DNA of 55,472 nucleotides from an uncultured Ruminococcus sp. (GTDB taxonomy: Bacteria > Bacillota > Clostridia > Oscillospirales > Ruminococcaceae), in the NCBI GenBank assembly GCA_964479595.1, contig CAYZMU010000005.1:5298-60769 (forward strand), written 5' to 3'. How positions within the stretch are numbered: the stretch's first letter is position 1; each line of letters begins with the position of its first letter. Below, in pieces: positions 50,147-55,472 of the stretch. The notes under the pieces were generated by a model, which searched no databases, was not told the origin of the DNA, and saw nothing but the letters and a program-made list of their open reading frames with translations. Made by a program: the position numbers and the translations under genes.

Positions 50147-51886
50147 TCACTTGATCTCTGTGATAATGTCGTCGATGGAACCGCCCGGAGGCAGCATCGG
50201 CAGCACGAAATCGTCGCAGTCCACGGCGCAGTCAATCAAAAATGTCCCGTTTTGCCCAAAGGCCTCGTCCAGCGCGCGGGAAAGCTCGTCCGTGTTCCGC
50301 GCCCGCGCGCCTCTGGCCCCGAACGCCTCCGCGACCTTGACAAAATCCGTCTTGCGGCTGAGCGTGGTGTTGGAATAGTGCTTGTCAAAGAAGAGCGTCT
50401 GCCACTGCCGCACCATGCCCAGCACGCCGTTGTTCATGATGACGATGATGAGCGGGATGTTCTCGGTGACCGCCGTCGCCAGCTCGTTTAAGTTCATCCC
50501 GAAGCTGCCGTCGCCCGTAAAGAGAATGCTGCGCCGCCCCGTCGCGACAGCCGAACCGATGGCGGCGCCCATGCCGTAGCCCATCGTCCCGAGCCCGCCG
50601 CTCGTCAGGAAACTTCTGGGGCGCTTGAGAGGATAGCGCTGCGCCGTCCACATCTGGTGCTGTCCCACGTCCGTGACGATATTATCTTCCACCGTGGCGC
50701 GCGCGCTGACCGCGTCAATAATCTCAAAGGGCGTGAGGCGTTCCGCCGCGGGAATCCCGGCGTGGGCGCATTCCGCCGCGCAGTTCGCGCAGTTCTTCTC
50801 CCGCTCGAGCTTGAGCGCGTGCTCGACTCTGCGCTTTTCCTCCTCTTTGAGCTCGCCCACGCGCTTTTCCCATTCGGGTCTGCGCTGCTGGGGCAATTTC
50901 TTGAGCAGGCGCGCCGCGGTCTCCTTGAGATCCCCCTGAATCGCCAGCGTGGCAGGGATATTCTTGTGCAGTTCCGCGTTGTCGACATCGATGTGGATAA
51001 TGCGGAAGTTCTTCGCGAACCGCTGTTTCTTGCCGGTCGCGCGGTCGCTGAAGCGCGCCCCGAGCGCGATGACCAAATCCGCCTCGTCCTCCGCGACAGA
51101 GGAGGCGTAATGCCCGTGCATACCCTGCATTCCGAGGAATTTGGGGTGGTCATAGGGCACGGCGGAAAGCCCCATGAGCGAGCAGCCCATCGGCGCGTCG
51201 ATACGCTCCGAGAGCGCCATGACTTCCTTGCCCGCGCCGGAGGCTATCACACCGCCGCCGAAGTAGATATACGGCCTCTGCGCCTGCTCAATCATCTCCG
51301 CGGCGCGGTCCACTCTTGCCTCTGAAGGCGAATGCATCGCAAACGGCTGTACAGGTTTGCTCTGCGGCTCAAACTCGCAGAACCCGCACTGCACGTCTTT
51401 CGGGATATCCACCAGCACCGGCCCGGGACGCCCGGATTTCGCAATCTGAAACGCCGTGCGGATGGTGTCCGCCAGTTTGTTTACATCCTTGACAATGAAG
51501 TTGTGCTTCGTGACGGGCATACTGATGCCCACAATGTCCACTTCCTGAAAGCTGTCGCGCCCGATTAAATCGCAGGGCACATTCCCCGTAATGGCGACGA
51601 GCGGCACGGAATCGAGATACGCCGTCGCGATGCCTGTGACGAGGTTTGTGGCACCCGGCCCCGAAGTCGCGATGACCACGCCGACCTTCCCGGTGGAACG
51701 CGCGTAGCCGTCCGCGGCGTGCGCGGCGCCCTCCTCGTGCGCGGTGAGTATGTGGCGGATGCGGTCGCGGCTCTGCCAGAGCTCGTCGAACAGGTTGATG
51801 ACCTGCCCGCCCGGGTAGCCGAAGATAGTGTCGCAGCCCTGCTCAATCAGCGTTTCGACGACGATTTTTGCACCGTTTATTCTCAT
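50147..51886 (-). CDS. ilvB: acetolactate synthase large subunit
   Basis: MRINGAKIVVETLIEQGCDTIFGYPGG and the TPP motif GDGSFGMNLNELAT. ATG 51886 chosen; the ORF-track start 52039 overlaps leuA. Confidence 0.95.
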   Translation of the reverse strand: MRINGAKIVVETLIEQGCDTIFGYPGGQVINLFDELWQSRDRIRHILTAHEEGAAHAADGYARSTGKVGVVIATSGPGATNLVTGIATAYLDSVPLVAITGNVPCDLIGRDSFQEVDIVGISMPVTKHNFIVKDVNKLADTIRTAFQIAKSGRPGPVLVDIPKDVQCGFCEFEPQSKPVQPFAMHSPSEARVDRAAEMIEQAQRPYIYFGGGVIASGAGKEVMALSERIDAPMGCSLMGLSAVPYDHPKFLGMQGMHGHYASSVAEDEADLVIALGARFSDRATGKKQRFAKNFRIIHIDVDNAELHKNIPATLAIQGDLKETAARLLKKLPQQRRPEWEKRVGELKEEEKRRVEHALKLEREKNCANCAAECAHAGIPAAERLTPFEIIDAVSARATVEDNIVTDVGQHQMWTAQRYPLKRPRSFLTSGGLGTMGYGMGAAIGSAVATGRRSILFTGDGSFGMNLNELATAVTENIPLIIVIMNNGVLGMVRQWQTLFFDKHYSNTTLSRKTDFVKVAEAFGARGARARNTDELSRALDEAFGQNGTFLIDCAVDCDDFVLPMLPPGGSIDDIITEIK

Positions 51887-51896
51887 TTCCCCAACC

Positions 51897-53582
51897 TCAG
51901 ATGTTTTTCTGTCCCGCGCCGCGCGCGAGCAGCATATTGTTGACGGCGCTGATGAGCGCCTTGATGGAGGACGTGACCGTGTCGGTGTCCGTCCCCGCGC
52001 CCCAGAAGCTCTCCCCGGAATCGGAGAGAATCTGCACATACGAGACCGCCGCGGAAGTCGAGCCGTTCTCCAGCGCGTGCGCGGTGTAGTCCTCGATGTT
52101 GTAGCTGACGTTCAGACAGGAGCGAATCGCGTTGGAAACCGCGTCCAGACGCCCGTTTCCGGAATCCGTCGCCCCGATGGCCGCGCCGTCCATGGAGACC
52201 TCAATCTTCGCCTCAATGCCGTTTCGCTGCGCGTAGTGCGCCGAAATCAGGTTGAGCGGCGCGGTGATGTTTAAGTAGTTGTCCTTGAAAATCCCGTAAA
52301 TCTCCTCGGGCATCATTTCCTTGTGCTCGCGGTCGGAGACGCCCTTGACCAGATACCCGAAATGCTCCCGCATCTTCGGCGGCAGCTTGAAGCCGAAGCG
52401 CGATTCGAGAATGTAGCCGATGCCGCCCTTTCCCGACTGGCTGTTGACGCGGATGACGTCCTTCTCGTAGACGCGTCCCACGTCCGTGGGGTCCAGCGGC
52501 AGATAGGGCACGGTCCAGTGCGGGGTGTTTTTCTCCTCGCGCCATTTCATACCCTTGGTAATCGCGTCCTGGTGCGAGCCGCTGAACGCCGTAAAGACCA
52601 ATTTGCCGCTGTAGGGCTGGCGGTCGTCCACGGTCATTCTCGTCAGGCGCGTGTAGAGTTCGGTGATGGCGGGAATATTGCTGAAATCCAGCCCCGGGTC
52701 CACGCCCTGGGTGTACATATTCAGCGCCAGCGTGATGATATCCACGTTCCCCGTGCGCTCGCCGTTTCCAAAAAGCGTGCCCTCGACTCTGTCCGCCCCC
52801 GCGAGCAGCCCCATCTCGGTGTCCGCGACGGCACAGCCGCGGTCGTTGTGCGGGTGCAGCGAGACGATGACGTTTTCGCGGTCCTTCAAGTTGTCGCACA
52901 TATACTCTATCTGGTTGGCGTAGACATGCGGCATGGAGAGCTCCACCGTGACGGGCAGGTTGATGATGACCTTGTCGTCGGCGCTCGGTTCCCAGACGTC
53001 TAAAACGGCGTTGCAGATTTCCAGCGCGAACGGCGGCTCGGTGCCCGTGAAGCTTTCCGGGGAATACTCAAAGCGGAAGTTGCCCTTGCTCTTTTCGCGG
53101 TATTCGCGGCAGAGTTTCGCGCCCGAGACCGCGATGCCGATAATCTCCTCGGGGCTCTTGCGGAAGACCTGCTCGCGCTGCGCCAGCGAGGTGGAGTTGT
53201 AGAGGTGGACAATCGCGTTCTCACAGCCCTGAATCGCCTCGAAAGTCCGTCTGATGATGTGTTCGCGCGACTGTGTCAGCACCTGAATTGTCACGTCCGG
53301 CGGAATCAGCCCGCGTTCAATCAGCGCGCGGCAGAATTCGTATTCCGTTTCCGACGCCGCGGGGAAGCCAATCTCGATTTCCTTGAACCCCAGCGCGACG
53401 AGTTCCGCGAAGAACTCCAGTTTCTCGTCCAGACTCATCGGCGTAATCAGCGCCTGATTGCCGTCGCGCAAATCCACGCTGCACCAGATGGGCGGCTTTT
53501 CAATCATGGATTTCTGCGCCCAGCGCATCGGCGTCGGCGGGGCCTCAAAGAATTGTTTGGTGTACTTCTGAGCGTTTTTCAT
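51897..53582 (-). CDS. leuA: 2-isopropylmalate synthase (long ~560 aa type)
   Basis: WCSVDLRDGNQAL and HPHNDRGCAVA. ATG 53582 has a GGAGGAAATGAA RBS context. The ORF-track start 53705 runs into the T-box leader. Confidence 0.93.
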   Translation of the reverse strand: MKNAQKYTKQFFEAPPTPMRWAQKSMIEKPPIWCSVDLRDGNQALITPMSLDEKLEFFAELVALGFKEIEIGFPAASETEYEFCRALIERGLIPPDVTIQVLTQSREHIIRRTFEAIQGCENAIVHLYNSTSLAQREQVFRKSPEEIIGIAVSGAKLCREYREKSKGNFRFEYSPESFTGTEPPFALEICNAVLDVWEPSADDKVIINLPVTVELSMPHVYANQIEYMCDNLKDRENVIVSLHPHNDRGCAVADTEMGLLAGADRVEGTLFGNGERTGNVDIITLALNMYTQGVDPGLDFSNIPAITELYTRLTRMTVDDRQPYSGKLVFTAFSGSHQDAITKGMKWREEKNTPHWTVPYLPLDPTDVGRVYEKDVIRVNSQSGKGGIGYILESRFGFKLPPKMREHFGYLVKGVSDREHKEMMPEEIYGIFKDNYLNITAPLNLISAHYAQRNGIEAKIEVSMDGAAIGATDSGNGRLDAVSNAIRSCLNVSYNIEDYTAHALENGSTSAAVSYVQILSDSGESFWGAGTDTDTVTSSIKALISAVNNMLLARGAGQKNI

Positions 53583-53599
53583 TTCATTTCCTCCTTGGT

Positions 53600-54147
53600 G
53601 GGCATCAGCTGCCCGGGCATTGGAGAGCAATAAAAAAATCCCCCCCCAAGAAACCGGAAAGAGACGAAGATTATCAAAACTCCGCGGTACCACTCTTCTT
53701 GGCACAGATGTGCCCCCTCAGCGGGTGCTCACAACACCCTTCTCTGTCACGGGAGAACCCGTCGCGAACTAATCCGATACCGGAACCGGCGTACCCGGGT
53801 CACGCACCGCGCCCCATCAAGCACCGCGCCCCATCAAGCACCGCGCCCCATCAGCCGCCGCGCCCCATCAGCCGCCGCGCCCCATCAGGACACCATACCC
53901 GTCAGCCACCGTACCCAACCGGACACCGCGCCCAATCAGCCGCCGCGCCCGTCAGTCACCGTACCCAATCGCGCACCGCGCCCAACCAAGCACCGCACCC
54001 TTGCGCCCTTGTGTGGCACACCCGGAATCGTTTCGCCCGCGCCGCTCGGGGAGGAGTTATCAGGCCGGGGCGGCTGCTGCCTTTCAGCAAACGGCAGCTC
54101 TCTGAAAACCGCGCACACGGCTCTTTGTTCCCTTCATGGCGTTTATC
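53600..54147 (-). promoter_or_regulatory. T-box leader (tRNA-sensing riboswitch, probable Leu specificity) of the leuA-ilv-leu operon
   Basis: Minus-strand RNA. Stem I-like part: AG bay CAGAGAG (54104-54098), distal loop GCUGAAAGG, and candidate specifier region UGAUAACUCCUC (CUC = Leu; 54056-54051). Stem III hairpin GGCAC-AUCU-GUGCC. T-box motif AGAGUGGUACCGCGG (53696-53682). Antiterminator pairing GAAGAG/CUCUUU and GCGGAG/CUUCGU. Downstream G8 then U7 (53647-53632). The specifier assignment is tentative. Confidence 0.75.
53804..54008. repeat. tandem array of about 12 imperfect 16-19 bp units (plus-strand unit gcaccgcgccccatcaa)
   Basis: Read directly. 53804-53820 and 53821-53837 are identical. 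53838-53853 is the same unit minus 1 nt. 53854-53870 and 53871-53887 are identical (gccgccgcgccccatca). Seven progressively diverged units follow, up to about 54008. Confidence 0.9.
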
Positions 54148-54153
54148 CCTTTA

Positions 54154-54182
54154 AGTATACAATAAAATTTGGGGTTTGTCAA
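54154..54182 (-). promoter_or_regulatory. sigma-A type promoter of the T-box/leuA operon
   Basis: On the minus strand: TTGACA (54182-54177), 17 nt spacer, TATACT (54159-54154). Confidence 0.65.
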
Positions 54183-54231
54183 GGGTTTTTGGAAAAGTTT
54201 TCGCGGAGAGGGAGGGAAATTTTCGCGCCGC

Positions 54232-54260
54232 TTGCAAATTTCAAAGGAATGTGCTATACT
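54232..54260 (+). promoter_or_regulatory. sigma-A type promoter of nspC
   Basis: TTGCAA (54232-54237), 17 nt spacer, TATACT (54255-54260). Confidence 0.5.
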
Positions 54261-54300
54261 GTAGTTGTGTTATTTTGTCTTTTGGGAAGGAGTGCCGTTT

Positions 54301-55422
54301 ATGCTCGAATCCGAACTGCCCTCGCCGTGCTATCTGATAGACCAGACCGCGCTGAGAAAGAACCTCATTGTACTGGATACCCTGCGCGAGTCCTGCGGCT
54401 GCAAAATTCTTTTCGCGCAGAAGGCGTTCTCCTCGTTTCCGTTCTATTCCATGATTTCGCGCTTTCTGGACGGCGCGTCCTCGTGCTCGACTTATGAGGC
54501 GCAGCTGGCGCATCTCTATTTTCACGGCGAGAACCACGTCTTTCAGACCGCCTATCTGCCCGGGGAAATCGAAACCTTGCTGCCCATCTGCGACCACATG
54601 GTCTTTAATTCCCCGCTGCAGCTCAAGGCTTACGGAGCGCTGGCGCGGGACAAGGGCGTTTCCGTGGGGCTGCGCGTCAATCCCGAGTGCCTCTCCCAGC
54701 AGCTTGATGAATTTGACCCCTGCGCGCCCTGTTCGCGCCTCGGCACGACCGTCCTGCAGTTCCCCGCAGAGCTGCGCGGGCTGATACAGGGGCTTCATGT
54801 CCACGCGCTCTACGAACAGAACGCCGACGCGCTGGAGTACCTGCTCGACGCGATGATTGACAAATTCGGCACGCTGCTGCCGCAGATGGAGTGGGTGAAT
54901 TTAGGCGGCGGCCACCACATCACCCGCGAGGGCTATCAGACGGAGCGTCTTGAGGCGTGCGTGCGGCTTCTGCGCGAAAAATACGGCCTCACCGTCTATT
55001 TTGAGCCCGGCGAGGCGATTGTCTGGGAGGCGGGGTATTTCATCACCACGGTCGTGGATCTGATAGACAACGGCATGCCCATCGCCGTGCTCGATTCCTC
55101 CGCCGTCTGCCACGCCTCTGACATCACGGAACTGCAGTACCGTCCGCCGCTTGAGGGCGCGGACAAGCCTTCCGTGCTGGCCCATACTTATCGTCTCGCG
55201 GGGCGCAGCCCTCTGCCGGAGGATATCTTCGGGGACTACTCTTTCGACCACAAGCTCGAAATCGGCGAGCGGCTGGTCTTCCGCGATATGGCGATCAACA
55301 CCCTCACCAAGGCGAGAATGTACACCGGAATGCCCATGCCCTGCGTCGCCGTGCGCGAATCCGACGGCAGCTGCCGCGTCCTGCGCACCTTCACCTTCGC
55401 CGATTACAAATCCCGTTTTTGA
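54301..55422 (+). CDS. nspC: carboxynorspermidine/carboxyspermidine decarboxylase
   Basis: 373 aa from ATG 54301 (GGGAAGGAG RBS). PSPCYLIDQTALRKNL, ILFAQKAFS, VNLGGGHH and a C-terminal beta-barrel region, typical of the NspC/CANSDC family. Confidence 0.85.
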   Translation: MLESELPSPCYLIDQTALRKNLIVLDTLRESCGCKILFAQKAFSSFPFYSMISRFLDGASSCSTYEAQLAHLYFHGENHVFQTAYLPGEIETLLPICDHMVFNSPLQLKAYGALARDKGVSVGLRVNPECLSQQLDEFDPCAPCSRLGTTVLQFPAELRGLIQGLHVHALYEQNADALEYLLDAMIDKFGTLLPQMEWVNLGGGHHITREGYQTERLEACVRLLREKYGLTVYFEPGEAIVWEAGYFITTVVDLIDNGMPIAVLDSSAVCHASDITELQYRPPLEGADKPSVLAHTYRLAGRSPLPEDIFGDYSFDHKLEIGERLVFRDMAINTLTKARMYTGMPMPCVAVRESDGSCRVLRTFTFADYKSRF

Positions 55423-55472
55423 GCGCCCGACCTTTGTTATCGGTGGAATTTGCCTTATCCCCGAAGCTTTTT

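Noticed and set aside
53804-54008. Possible CRISPR array
   Set aside because: The units are directly abutting, with no unique spacers. They are only 16-19 bp long and progressively degenerate, and there are no cas genes in the window.
53699-54154. 151-aa plus-strand ORF rich in Pro/His/Arg/Ala over the repeat array
   Set aside because: The DNA repeat period (16-19 bp) is not a multiple of 3, so the peptide has no consistent repeat. There is no RBS, and the region lies between a strong minus-strand promoter and T-box elements. It is treated as a non-coding leader.

Overview
This is a visibly GC-rich, almost fully coding chromosomal segment of Firmicutes/Clostridia type. GGAGG-type ribosome binding sites (RBS), a T-box leader, a type I dockerin and Thr-rich linkers on secreted proteins point to a fibre-degrading Oscillospiraceae/Ruminococcaceae-like organism; that taxonomic call is inference. 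Layout: (1) 1-7.4 kb, minus strand: tyrA (partial)-aroF-gltX-ruvB-[SseB-like]-[lipoprotein]-ruvA-ruvC, then tRNA-Arg(ACG). (2) 7.6-19.5 kb, plus strand, envelope and accessory genes: a C39-like peptidase lipoprotein, a PrsA/SurA-N-like lipoprotein, a LUD-domain protein, a lone fumarate-hydratase alpha subunit, a membrane sulfatase-like transferase, a YidC-TagF fusion, and a four-gene block of beta-propeller membrane protein, ECF sigma factor, MobC-like ribbon-helix-helix (RHH) protein and degenerate CPBP-like membrane protein. (3) 19.5-27.7 kb, minus strand: arginine operon argG-argH-[small 2-TM ORF]-argC-argJ-argB-argD-argF. (4) 27.8-33.6 kb, minus strand: dockerin-CAP protein, FtsX/MacB-type ABC pair, hpt. 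(5) 33.7-36.4 kb, plus strand: flavin reductase, lipoprotein, GH5 lipoprotein. (6) 36.5-53.6 kb: one minus-strand gene train, leuA-ilvB-ilvN-ilvC-ilvD-leuC-leuD-leuB-[DUF815 ATPase]-ilvA-ridA-recA-recX-rimO-pgsA-cysE, headed by a T-box leader. (7) nspC on the plus strand. I found no CRISPR array, IS element, integrase or recognisable defence or toxin-antitoxin system. Most of the window is ordinary core metabolism. The most unusual signal I can support is an array of about 12 tandem 16-19 nt repeats inside the leucine T-box leader, apparently between Stem I and the antiterminator. The YidC-glycerophosphotransferase fusion and the atypical ECF sigma block come next. Many long antisense ORFs in the track are GC-driven shadows, and several ORF-track starts are over-extended; corrected starts are given in the features.
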